Shown piece by piece: positions 1 to 8,351 of a DNA stretch of 64,000 nucleotides; the stretch's first letter is position 1; every line of letters begins with the position of its first letter. Location of the stretch: positions 32,001 through 96,000 of the IMG/VR virus record IMGVR_UViG_3300023179_000037. One strand, written 5' to 3'. This DNA is from a virus. The notes below the pieces were generated by a model. It was not told where the DNA came from, did not search any database, and saw nothing but the letters and a program-made list of their open reading frames with translations. The position numbers and the translations under genes are program-made.

Positions 1-61
1 TGTATCTAGAATCACATCCTGCTAGAAAAAGAATACTAAGAAGTAGAATAATCTTTTTCAT
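1..61 (-). CDS. Lipoprotein, partial (runs off window start)
   Basis: Manual translation MKKIILLLSILFLAGCDSRY...; signal peptide with LAGC lipobox. Confidence 0.7.
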   Translation of the reverse strand, partial: MKKIILLLSILFLAGCDSRY

Positions 62-85
62 TTACATCTTTCCAAGAAATTTTTA

Positions 86-433
86 TTAATTAATGACTTT
101 ATCATTATAGTCATTCTCCTTTTTTTTATTCAAGTATTTATCTAAAATAGCATTTCCAACCCAAGTAGCCATGTAACCGACGAAATACCATTCACTAAAT
201 CTTTCTTCTACAATTAAGTACACAAATCCCCACGTACTTACTATCCAAGCGCCAAATCTAACAAATTTCTTTTCATCAAGTTTACCATCGGAACATATTA
301 AATCTTTAAGATCAAGACTATTTTCGCTATTACGATGCCAAACCCAAAGTAATAAAATAAGAAATACAACCACTATAATCAAAATGGTAGACATTGTAAA
401 TTGTGTTTTATTGATATCAATCCAATCTATCAT
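86..433 (-). CDS. Small membrane protein, possibly holin-like
   Basis: 115 aa with 2-3 hydrophobic segments and charged C-tail; overlaps upstream gene by 4 nt. Confidence 0.6.
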   Translation of the reverse strand: MIDWIDINKTQFTMSTILIIVVVFLILLLWVWHRNSENSLDLKDLICSDGKLDEKKFVRFGAWIVSTWGFVYLIVEERFSEWYFVGYMATWVGNAILDKYLNKKKENDYNDKVIN

Positions 434-1116
434 TTATTTGCTAAAGGATTATCCAGAGCTTTCTTGAGCTTATCATCTATGTCCCTCTCCAGTTTTTTCA
501 TTTTGGCATCGATGTCTTTGTTGTTGGCATTTATGGCCTTAGTATTTTCTGCTGTCATTGAAGATACAGCCTTGGTATTTTCTGCTGCCATGCGATTCAT
601 TTCTTTAGTAGCAGCATTAATTGATGCATCAGCTTGCTTTTGAATGTTTCTTACATCAGTTTTTACTTCAGCTACCGTCTTATCAATTTCTCTTTGTTGA
701 GTTTTGTTACCACGTTCTACATCTTCAACTGTTTTCTCGAGGCGACGAATATCTGCCTTCAAATCATTTTTAATATCACGGGTGTATTCTGCAGTTTTAT
801 CGCTTCCTTCTTGAACTGCCTTGGCTGTCTTGCTGGCATTTTCCTCTATCAGAGCTAATCGCTTGTCAAATTCCGAAAAGTCCGGACTGACATATTCAGC
901 AATTTTTTTCTTCATGCTCATGTAGTCTTTGTATATCTCAAAGGTACCATACAGACCACCTAGAATAGATGACACCAAAGTAAATGCTACCATGAGTTTT
1001 GCTGGCGTAAATTCGTAACCGCCTATACTAATAACTGTATCTTTACTAGCATACTTTTTAACTGCTGCTTCGGCATCGTCAATTTTTTTGTTGACGTCTT
1101 TGATTTCTTCGGTCAT
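430..1116 (-). CDS. Membrane-anchored coiled-coil protein
   Basis: One TM segment (LMVAFTLVSSILGGLYG) followed by long heptad-rich K/E/D region. Confidence 0.7.
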   Translation of the reverse strand: MTEEIKDVNKKIDDAEAAVKKYASKDTVISIGGYEFTPAKLMVAFTLVSSILGGLYGTFEIYKDYMSMKKKIAEYVSPDFSEFDKRLALIEENASKTAKAVQEGSDKTAEYTRDIKNDLKADIRRLEKTVEDVERGNKTQQREIDKTVAEVKTDVRNIQKQADASINAATKEMNRMAAENTKAVSSMTAENTKAINANNKDIDAKMKKLERDIDDKLKKALDNPLANK

Positions 1117-1124
1117 TTTAACCC

Positions 1125-1220
1125 CTATTCTTCTTTTTTACCGGTAGAAGCTGCCAGAATCATTAAACCAAATACGAATAATATAACGTGAAACAATGGC
1201 AAATAATTGTAGTTTTCCAT
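1125..1220 (-). CDS. 31-aa single-TM microprotein (not in ORF track)
   Basis: MENYNYLPLFHVILFVFGLMILAASTGKKEE; strong SD AGGAGA just upstream; fills the gap between flanking genes. Confidence 0.65.
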   Translation of the reverse strand: MENYNYLPLFHVILFVFGLMILAASTGKKEE

Positions 1221-1221
1221 G

Positions 1222-3843
1222 TTATCTCCTGTATTGTTGATCGACCATTTCCTGATGAAGTCTGTCGCTTGATAGTTGTCTTAATGCCCTTACATTATCC
1301 ACAGTTCGTTGATTTCTGTATATCTCTTTGGGAGCATAAAAATTAACATCTGATAAAGCAACCAAATAGGTATTAAATCCCACTGGCGCTCTGGCCAGAT
1401 TATCTATAGAAACTCCAGCAGCTGCATCGTTGTCTTGAATATTTTGTTTTGTGGTATACTGAGTATTAGTTTGTCTTTCTGGTTCCGGAGTAGTTGGTTT
1501 TGTATCTAGAATGTTGTTTATAGGATTAGTTCTATCGATTAAAAAATTACCTGCAGTTTGAGGAATTTCTAACTGTGTAACAGGAGCTATGGCAACTGTC
1601 TGTGTTGTAACTGGTTGAACTTCTGCACTTTGTATTTGTGGAGGTTGTACTAGGTTTATCTGTATGGCTCCAGCATTGGTAACAATATTTTCTGACTGTA
1701 ATTGTTCCTGTTTATCAGATAACTGCATCATCGGCGGAGTATATTGACTACTTGTTTGTGTTTGAGTTGCAGCAACAGCAGAACTAGTTGGTGGCAGTAA
1801 AGGACTAGCAGTGCCTGTTTCAGATCTTCTTTCCTCGATAATTGGCGCTGTACTCACATTTATATTTACAAAGGTTTGTACTGAACCTGTATTTTGTTGA
1901 ATGGTCTGATTAGATGTATTAAAGATTTGTACCGGATTAACTATGACTACACTAGTATTTGTACTAGTTTGCTCGGTCTGTGCAACAGATGTTATGGGTT
2001 TTAATGATACCATGCCTAAAACTTCTGCACTATTCTGAGTATTTTGTTGGTTATTTACTGTAGCACTGGAATCTGATTTATTGAAAACTATGCTAGTGCT
2101 GCCTGGTGCTGGGCCAACTATAAAGGTTTCAGATTTATTTGTGCCAGCTATGGATTCTGTAGAGCCAGAAGATTTCTGAGAACTTATATCTGAAGAACTT
2201 TTCTGAGCCAAATCCAAAGCCAATGTTTCTGCCTGTTTTATGCCTGCTACAGCGCTTATCTGTGCATTTTCTACAGCAGTCTGACTAGCCTGCAGAGCTA
2301 TGTTGTTCTCTCTTTGTTGATTTTGTTTGATTATAGATAATGCCAGAGCTGTAGAATCAGACTGTGCAGGATTATCAAGTCTTGAAATAGATTTGCCTGT
2401 TGATTCAGATACGCTCATGGTCAATGAAGTTACGGGCGATGGTGCTCCAGGTGGAGGGGCGGAACCTGGAAGTGGGGGAGATCCCAGTGGAGGTTTACCA
2501 GAATCACTATCAATAATGGCTACTTTTATTTTGGGATTAGTAGATTCTGGATCTTCCAGAGGAGCAGGTATTTTTCCTGCAGGAGGCGGAGTGGATGCAG
2601 TAATAATTTCATTCAATGATGTTTGTTGAATTTTATTTTGTTCGTCTGCCAATCGTTTTATTTCAGCATTAAAGTTGCTGCAGTTTGGACTATATAATGG
2701 CTGTGTATAACAGGGATCTGGACTCCATATGGGTTTAGTATAGGGTGCTATGCCCATGTTGTCGCCATATCCTCCCCATACATTCCAACTTATTCTGCCC
2801 ATGTTAAGACTATTCTGCGATTCAACAAAAAGAACTCGTCCAGATCTGCTGCCCCCACTGTAATTTCCTTCGACCCACCAGCTATCATTGTACAGACTAG
2901 TACCAAATTTATCGTTTATATTAAAACTAACATTTCTTCCATTGGCGCCACTGGAAGCCCAACAAATTATAAAACTAGCAGTACAATAATCACCAGCATA
3001 ATACCCGAATCCATAGTCAAAACCATGTAACTGTACACCGCCACCTATGTGAGGAAGTGTTTTAGCAATATCATAGTTCCACCAAAAGGTTGGACTCAAA
3101 GATCCTTGTACAACACTGCTAAATCCCGGACAACCTGAACTAAAAGCAGGATTTAGTATGCAGGGATCTACACTGTAATTCACATGCATGTAGGCATCTT
3201 TTACCTGCGGTCCATAGCATTGGTTTCCAGAACAGGCCCAAAATCCTGTATCCATGCCAGTGATGCTTAGCTTGGCTGTGCCCACTGTTGACAACATCTT
3301 GGCCCCGGAAAATGTATAGGTTTCGGCCAAGGATTGCCAGGTAGGATTATAAGGGGGATTTCCGTCATTGATATTTTTTAAACCAAGCTGATGCAGTTGT
3401 GAATGCTCTATGGCTCCGGACTTGTTAAAATATTCAAAGGTTGCACTCAGATTATCCTGCATTCCAGATACATCTTCACAATATCCACCGATTTTATTTG
3501 CACAGGGAAATCTATACTGAAAACCATAGCTTATTCCAGTAACAAAAATAGCGCTCGTGTTCTGATAATTAACTGGAAAATTACCTGCATTTACTGTTTG
3601 CGATACTGTGCTGTTGGAATAAGAAAAAGTATAACCATCGGTCACAAAACTACCAGGCATTCCGCTGACATTCCAGCCATTGTTGGTTTTTAGGCTACTG
3701 TCATAGTTTAGTAAATTGCCGGTCTGTAGATCTATGCTATAACCGCTGGGCGTATTAATGGATCCTGAACTGGTAGCCTGAGCCAGAACAGCAGAGCTCT
3801 GCGTCAGCAACAATAAGCACAGTATAATCTTTAAAAAATTCAT
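1222..3843 (-). CDS. Large secreted protein with Cys-containing repeated modules and Pro/Ser/Thr/Gln-rich C-half
   Basis: Sec-type signal peptide; two DPC-x3-P-x2-S-x2-C motifs; low-complexity linker. Confidence 0.7.
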   Translation of the reverse strand: MNFLKIILCLLLLTQSSAVLAQATSSGSINTPSGYSIDLQTGNLLNYDSSLKTNNGWNVSGMPGSFVTDGYTFSYSNSTVSQTVNAGNFPVNYQNTSAIFVTGISYGFQYRFPCANKIGGYCEDVSGMQDNLSATFEYFNKSGAIEHSQLHQLGLKNINDGNPPYNPTWQSLAETYTFSGAKMLSTVGTAKLSITGMDTGFWACSGNQCYGPQVKDAYMHVNYSVDPCILNPAFSSGCPGFSSVVQGSLSPTFWWNYDIAKTLPHIGGGVQLHGFDYGFGYYAGDYCTASFIICWASSGANGRNVSFNINDKFGTSLYNDSWWVEGNYSGGSRSGRVLFVESQNSLNMGRISWNVWGGYGDNMGIAPYTKPIWSPDPCYTQPLYSPNCSNFNAEIKRLADEQNKIQQTSLNEIITASTPPPAGKIPAPLEDPESTNPKIKVAIIDSDSGKPPLGSPPLPGSAPPPGAPSPVTSLTMSVSESTGKSISRLDNPAQSDSTALALSIIKQNQQRENNIALQASQTAVENAQISAVAGIKQAETLALDLAQKSSSDISSQKSSGSTESIAGTNKSETFIVGPAPGSTSIVFNKSDSSATVNNQQNTQNSAEVLGMVSLKPITSVAQTEQTSTNTSVVIVNPVQIFNTSNQTIQQNTGSVQTFVNINVSTAPIIEERRSETGTASPLLPPTSSAVAATQTQTSSQYTPPMMQLSDKQEQLQSENIVTNAGAIQINLVQPPQIQSAEVQPVTTQTVAIAPVTQLEIPQTAGNFLIDRTNPINNILDTKPTTPEPERQTNTQYTTKQNIQDNDAAAGVSIDNLARAPVGFNTYLVALSDVNFYAPKEIYRNQRTVDNVRALRQLSSDRLHQEMVDQQYRR

Positions 3844-5426
3844 TAGTTATACTCGCCCGATGTATAACCCTTTACTGTTTTTGCTTCGGCGGGCTGAGTT
3901 TTATAATCATACTGAGGTATTTTTTCGGGATTGGCTTGCCATAAATCTTTGGCCTGATCACCTATTTTTCCTTCATAAGGACAGGGAGTACCAGCTGCCA
4001 TCATGGCTTCCCATACTCTGCGATCCTGACACATGGTAGCCACAGCAGCAACCTTCATGCCCATGTCAAATAAGGTTTTACTAAGCTTTAATCTTTCGCA
4101 GTTTAAATCTCGTTGAGTACCACCCAATGCCATACCGAACATCTGAGTTTGCAGCGCACCGCTGGCACCTGTAGTGCACAGATCAGCACCCCCGCCAGAC
4201 ATCATGGCAGGAGCTATGGCTGTTGGGGGCGGCTGTATGACACGCTGTGTAATAGTGGTTTCGTTGATGTTTCTATTGGTCATGTCTCCAGTCTGGACAT
4301 TCTGATTAATATTAGTGTTGTTATTCTGATTTATATTTGTGTTGGTTGATGTAGCAGTGGACTGATTAATGTTGCGATTGGTCATGTCTCCAGTCTGGAC
4401 ATTGGTATTATTATTGTTGGTTGTAGCTGTCGTCTGGTTAATGTTGCGATTGGTCATGTCTCCAGTCTGAACATTGTTGTTGGTGTTTACATTGTTGGCT
4501 GTACTGGTGCTATTGTTGTTATTATTATAGGTCATGGTGCCAGTATTGACGTTATTATTGGTGTTAACACTGGTGGAGTTATTGGTGTTTATGCTGGTAC
4601 TCGTCGATGTATTGATGTTGCGATTGGTCATATCTCCAGTATTAATATTATTATTTGTAGCAGTGCTGGTACTGGTATTGACATTGTTGTTATTGTAGGT
4701 AACAGTTCCAGACATAATAGTTCTATTGGTACTGTCACTAGTACTGGTATTTTGATTGATGTTGGTTATTTGTCCAGACTGAATATTGTGATTTGTATTA
4801 ACATTAGTCGCAGTACTGGTGCTGGTATTTTGATTGATGTTAGTTATCTGCCCAGACTGAATATTATTGTTGGTATTTACATTGTTATTTGTACTGGTGC
4901 TAGTACTGGTATTTTGATTGATGTTGGTTATCTGCCCAGACTGAATATTATTGTTGGTATTTACATTGTTGTTTGTACTTACACTGGTGCTGGTTGATGT
5001 GTTGTTATTGTTATTGGTCATGGTACCAGTATTTACATTATTATTGTTGTAGGTAACCGATCCACTCATATTATTGTTGTTGTTATTGGTTACTGTGCCG
5101 CTCTGCACATTATTATTGGTATTTACATTTGTGCTTGTACTGGTGCTGGCGTTGACATTATTGTTGGTATTAGTACTAATACTGTTTACTGTACTGTTAT
5201 TAGTATTTGTACTTGTACTAACACTGGTATTATTGGTTTGTACAGAACTGGTGCTGTTAGATGTCGAATTGGTATCTACAAGACTTTTGGAATCGTAACT
5301 GCCTTGGTTTATGGGGTTAGTAGTACTGGTAGTAGTTCCGTTAGATGTTGACTGAGTACTGGTGTTTTGCGCTGATGCTATCGCCGTAAACATAATTAAA
5401 AGCGCTGCTAGAGCCGCTTTTAACAT
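3843..5426 (-). CDS. Secreted Asn/Thr-rich repeat protein with Cys-rich C-terminal domain
   Basis: Signal peptide ending ASA|Q; about 350 aa of N/T/S repeats; C-terminal PPPTAIAP..DLC..NCERLKL..MCQD..GTPCP domain; SD AGGAG. Confidence 0.75.
   Translation of the reverse strand: MLKAALAALLIMFTAIASAQNTSTQSTSNGTTTSTTNPINQGSYDSKSLVDTNSTSNSTSSVQTNNTSVSTSTNTNNSTVNSISTNTNNNVNASTSTSTNVNTNNNVQSGTVTNNNNNNMSGSVTYNNNNVNTGTMTNNNNNTSTSTSVSTNNNVNTNNNIQSGQITNINQNTSTSTSTNNNVNTNNNIQSGQITNINQNTSTSTATNVNTNHNIQSGQITNINQNTSTSDSTNRTIMSGTVTYNNNNVNTSTSTATNNNINTGDMTNRNINTSTSTSINTNNSTSVNTNNNVNTGTMTYNNNNNSTSTANNVNTNNNVQTGDMTNRNINQTTATTNNNNTNVQTGDMTNRNINQSTATSTNTNINQNNNTNINQNVQTGDMTNRNINETTITQRVIQPPPTAIAPAMMSGGGADLCTTGASGALQTQMFGMALGGTQRDLNCERLKLSKTLFDMGMKVAAVATMCQDRRVWEAMMAAGTPCPYEGKIGDQAKDLWQANPEKIPQYDYKTQPAEAKTVKGYTSGEYN
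4743..4990 (-). repeat. Coding tandem repeat, about 78-84 nt unit (TNNNIQSGQITNINQNTSTSTS...) x3
   Basis: Near-identical units ...ggtattttgattgatgttggttatctgcccagactgaatatt...; related QTGDMTNRNIN units at 4260-4640. Confidence 0.85.
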
Positions 5427-5533
5427 GAAGTTCTCCTTTTAAGTTAGTAATGAGCAACGTCACTTTAACAAAATCAGAGTTCAACAATAAATATTAATGC
5501 ACATACACCATAAGTATTTTGATCAAACTTCTA

Positions 5534-5562
5534 TTGACATCCCTGTCTATTTTATTTATAAT
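5534..5562 (+). promoter_or_regulatory. Consensus sigma70 promoter for gene 43A
   Basis: TTGACA 5534-5539, 17-nt spacer, TATAAT 5557-5562. Confidence 0.85.
5553..5560 (-). promoter_or_regulatory. T4-type late promoter for the minus-strand operon
   Basis: TATTTATA on plus = TATAAATA on minus, about 127 nt upstream of the 5426 start. Confidence 0.6.
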
Positions 5563-5585
5563 TATAGAGTCTATGGAGATTCTTG

Positions 5586-7046
5586 ATGCGCTTTTATACT
5601 AATGTAGTAAGTTTTGGTAACAAAATACTTGTTCGAGGAATAAACAACGGTAAAAGAGTACAAGATCGAATTGATTTCGGCCCAACTCTTTTTATTAGAT
5701 CAAACAAATCATCTGAATATAAATCCTTATATGGTCAAAACTTAGAATCAATTGCCTTTGAATCAATTAATGAAACTAGGGATTTTATAAAGCGATATAA
5801 AGAAGTAAAAGATTTCCCCATATTTGGTAATACTAATTTTGCATATCAATATATTACTAAAGAATTTCCTGAAGATATAGAATTCGATATTAGTCAGATA
5901 AAAATATGGACAATCGATATTGAAACTTCTGCAGAATTTGGTTTTCCCGATGTTTCTGATCCGATTGAAGAACTATTACTAATTACCATTCAAGATTTTA
6001 ATACTAAAGAAATAGTTTCGTTCGGCACTAGACATTGTAATTCTATAAAAGAAAATCATACATATCATCGCTGTAAAGATGAATATGATCTCTTTAAGAA
6101 ATTTATTGACTTTATGTCTAACGACTATCCTCATATTATTACGGGTTGGAATATTGAATTTTTTGACATTCCTTATCTATGCAATAGAATTCGTAAGATT
6201 CTCGGTGAGGATATTTTAAAACAATTATCTCCCTGGAATGTGGTCAATCAAAGAGAAATTAGTAGATTCAAAAGTATAGAAACAGTTTTTGATATTTTGG
6301 GGATATCTATTTTAGATTATTTAGATTTATATAGAAAATTCACATATACTGCACAAGAATCCTACAAATTAGATCACATTGCTAAAGTAGAACTTGGAAA
6401 AGAAAAAATTGACTATGGTGAATACGATTCGTTTAGAATGTTTTATAAAAATAATTGGCAAAAGTTTGTTGAATATAACGTAGTTGACGTTGAACTTGTA
6501 GATCAACTTGAAGATAAAATGAAGTTGATTGAATTGATTCTTACAATGGCATATGATGCTAAATGTAATTACGTTGATGTATTTTCAGCAGTAAGGACAT
6601 GGGATTGTATTTTGTGGAATCATCTTTGGAAAAAGAACATTGTTGCTCATCAGAGGGATGAGTCTAGAAGTGGTAGACAAATTGAAGGGGCATTTGTACA
6701 AGAACCCAAACCCGGTAAATATGATTGGGTGGTATCTTTCGATGCAACAAGTCTATATCCAAGTATTATTATGCAGTATAATATGTCACCCGAAACAATT
6801 ATGCCGGGAAAAGAAGATGTAACAGTTGATACATTAATTAATAAAGAGCATTCACTTGATACATTGAAAAAAGATAAACTTTGTATGGCAGCAAATGGTT
6901 ATAAGTTTAAAACAGATAAGCAAGGTATTTTTCCTGAAATTGTACAAAAATTATTTGATGACCGGCAAAAGTATAAAAAATTGATGATTGCCGCTCAAAA
7001 AGAGATGCAGTTAATAGAAGAAGAAATACGAAGAAGATCGTCATAA
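5586..7046 (+). CDS. 43A: DNA polymerase family B, N-terminal subunit gp43A (exonuclease, motif A, first fingers helix)
   Basis: Exo motifs DIET, GWNIEFFDIPY, YNVVD; motif A SFDATSLYPSII; ends in fingers region; SD GGAG before ATG 5586. Confidence 0.95.
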   Translation: MRFYTNVVSFGNKILVRGINNGKRVQDRIDFGPTLFIRSNKSSEYKSLYGQNLESIAFESINETRDFIKRYKEVKDFPIFGNTNFAYQYITKEFPEDIEFDISQIKIWTIDIETSAEFGFPDVSDPIEELLLITIQDFNTKEIVSFGTRHCNSIKENHTYHRCKDEYDLFKKFIDFMSNDYPHIITGWNIEFFDIPYLCNRIRKILGEDILKQLSPWNVVNQREISRFKSIETVFDILGISILDYLDLYRKFTYTAQESYKLDHIAKVELGKEKIDYGEYDSFRMFYKNNWQKFVEYNVVDVELVDQLEDKMKLIELILTMAYDAKCNYVDVFSAVRTWDCILWNHLWKKNIVAHQRDESRSGRQIEGAFVQEPKPGKYDWVVSFDATSLYPSIIMQYNMSPETIMPGKEDVTVDTLINKEHSLDTLKKDKLCMAANGYKFKTDKQGIFPEIVQKLFDDRQKYKKLMIAAQKEMQLIEEEIRRRSS

Positions 7047-7238
7047 TATTCAAAAAGCAATAGAGAAAAGAATTGGAAGTAAGGATTCCCTCGAAACCAT
7101 CTTTAAAAGAGCAAACTCGGTGAAGAATTTTTATTCTAACAATGTGAGCATTTTAAAGGACGTACCAAAATCAGCAGAACATAAACCGCCATCAATATGA
7201 AAAGATGGCATTTTGAACGTTGCAAAAGGAAAATATGA
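7042..7238 (+). pseudogene. Collapsed homing-endonuclease remnant between 43A and 43B
   Basis: Frame 1: KAIEKRIGSKDSLETIFKRANSVK...LKDVPKSAEHK (NUMOD3-like); frame 2: AINMKRWHFERCKRKI* (typical phage HE C-terminus) whose TGA overlaps the 43B ATG; no start codon or nuclease domain. Confidence 0.65.
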
Positions 7239-8342
7239 ACCTTAAAAATCTTTCTATGGAGGAACTGCAAGCGCTTCGAAAAGACACTGAGAAGAAAATT
7301 TCTAGTTTGAATAATTATCAAATGGCTAGAAAAATTCAACTCAATAGTCTTTTCGGTGCGCTTGGTTAACTAAGGTAACGAATACTTTAGATTTTATGAT
7401 GATAGAATAGCAGAAGGCATTACAATTACTGGGCAGTATACAATTAGGACTGTAGGCAAAGCTCTAAATGAATATCTTAATAAGGTATGTAGTACTAACG
7501 ACTATACTTATTCTTTTTATTCAGATACTGATGCATGTTATATTACGCTTGATCCCTTAGTGCAAAAATTTTATAAAGATATGCCTAAGGACAAAGTTGT
7601 GGAAATTCTTGATAAAATCTGCGATGAAAAGATAGAAAAGGCAATCAATAAGGCATGCGATGATCTCATGTCTTATACCAATTCCTTTGAACGAAAGGTA
7701 TACTTTAAACGAGAAGTAATTGCTGATAGAGGTATTTGGGTAGCAAAGAAAAGATATGCTTTGAATGTCTATAACAATGAAGGCGTACAGTATAAAGAGC
7801 CAAAGTTAAAAGTAATGGGTTTAGAAATTGTTAGATCTTCCACTCCAGAGCCTGTTAGAAAGGCATTAAAAGAAGCAGTAAATTTAGCATTGACTAAAAC
7901 AGAATTACATATTCAAAAATATATTAAAGATTTCGAAGAGGAGTATAAGACACTTAAAGTAGAAGATATTGCTTTTCCTAGAAGTGTAAATGGTATTAAC
8001 AAATATAGTGACAAGTCAAGTATTTATAGACAAAGTACTCCAATGCACGTAAGAGGTTCTCTTTTATATAATTTCCATTTAAAGAATAAAAACTTAGATA
8101 AAAAATATGAGTTGATTAGAGAGGGAGACAAGATTAAATTTATATATTTGAAAGAACCAAATACTATAGGAGAAAATTGTATTGCATTTATTTCATCCAT
8201 ACCCGACGAATTTCAATTGACACAGTATGTCGATTATAATATAATGTTTGAGAAGTCTTTTCTTGAACCATTAACAACTATTTTAAATGGTATTGGTTGG
8301 AATGCTAAACCAATAGCAACTTTGGAAGGTTTGTTTGCATAG
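7235..8342 (+). CDS. 43B: DNA polymerase C-terminal subunit gp43B, interrupted by a 10-nt coding gap (join 7235-7366 + 7377-8342, 365 aa)
   Basis: SD AGGA, ATG 7235; MNLKN...RKIQLNSLFGALG then TAA; +1 frame continues NEYFRFYDDRIAEGITITGQ...YSDTDA (motif C)...KKRYAL...KVMGLE...LEGLFA (clamp-binding tail). Confidence 0.85.
7361..7376 (+). other. Candidate translational bypass site (take-off GGT 7364-7366, stop TAA, landing GGT 7374-7376)
   Basis: Removing TAACTAAGGT restores the conserved GALGN; hairpin CUUGG-UUAA-CUAAG. Confidence 0.6.
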
Positions 8343-8351
8343 GAGTTTTTT

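Noticed and set aside
2327-5298. Plus-strand ORFs opposite the secreted-protein genes (e.g. 5074-5298, Leu/Val-rich)
   Set aside because: Antisense shadows of low-complexity Asn/Thr codons.
7365-7374. The 10-nt insert can be read as GT...AG (GTTAACTAAG), like a spliceosomal intron, or as a group I intron start (GGT|TAA)
   Set aside because: There is no spliceosome in a bacterial host and 10 nt cannot form a ribozyme core; no placement gives both exon-terminal U and intron-terminal G. An intron-derived origin is not excluded.
7367-7378. Stop-codon reassignment or simple frameshift to explain the gp43B break
   Set aside because: TAA ends many genes here; readthrough hits TAA at 7376 and the +1 frame hits TAA at 7371.
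7560-8342. ORF-track 260-aa GTG-start protein as a standalone gene
   Set aside because: The same frame is open from 7374 and contains the second half of motif B and all of motif C upstream of this GTG; no SD precedes it.
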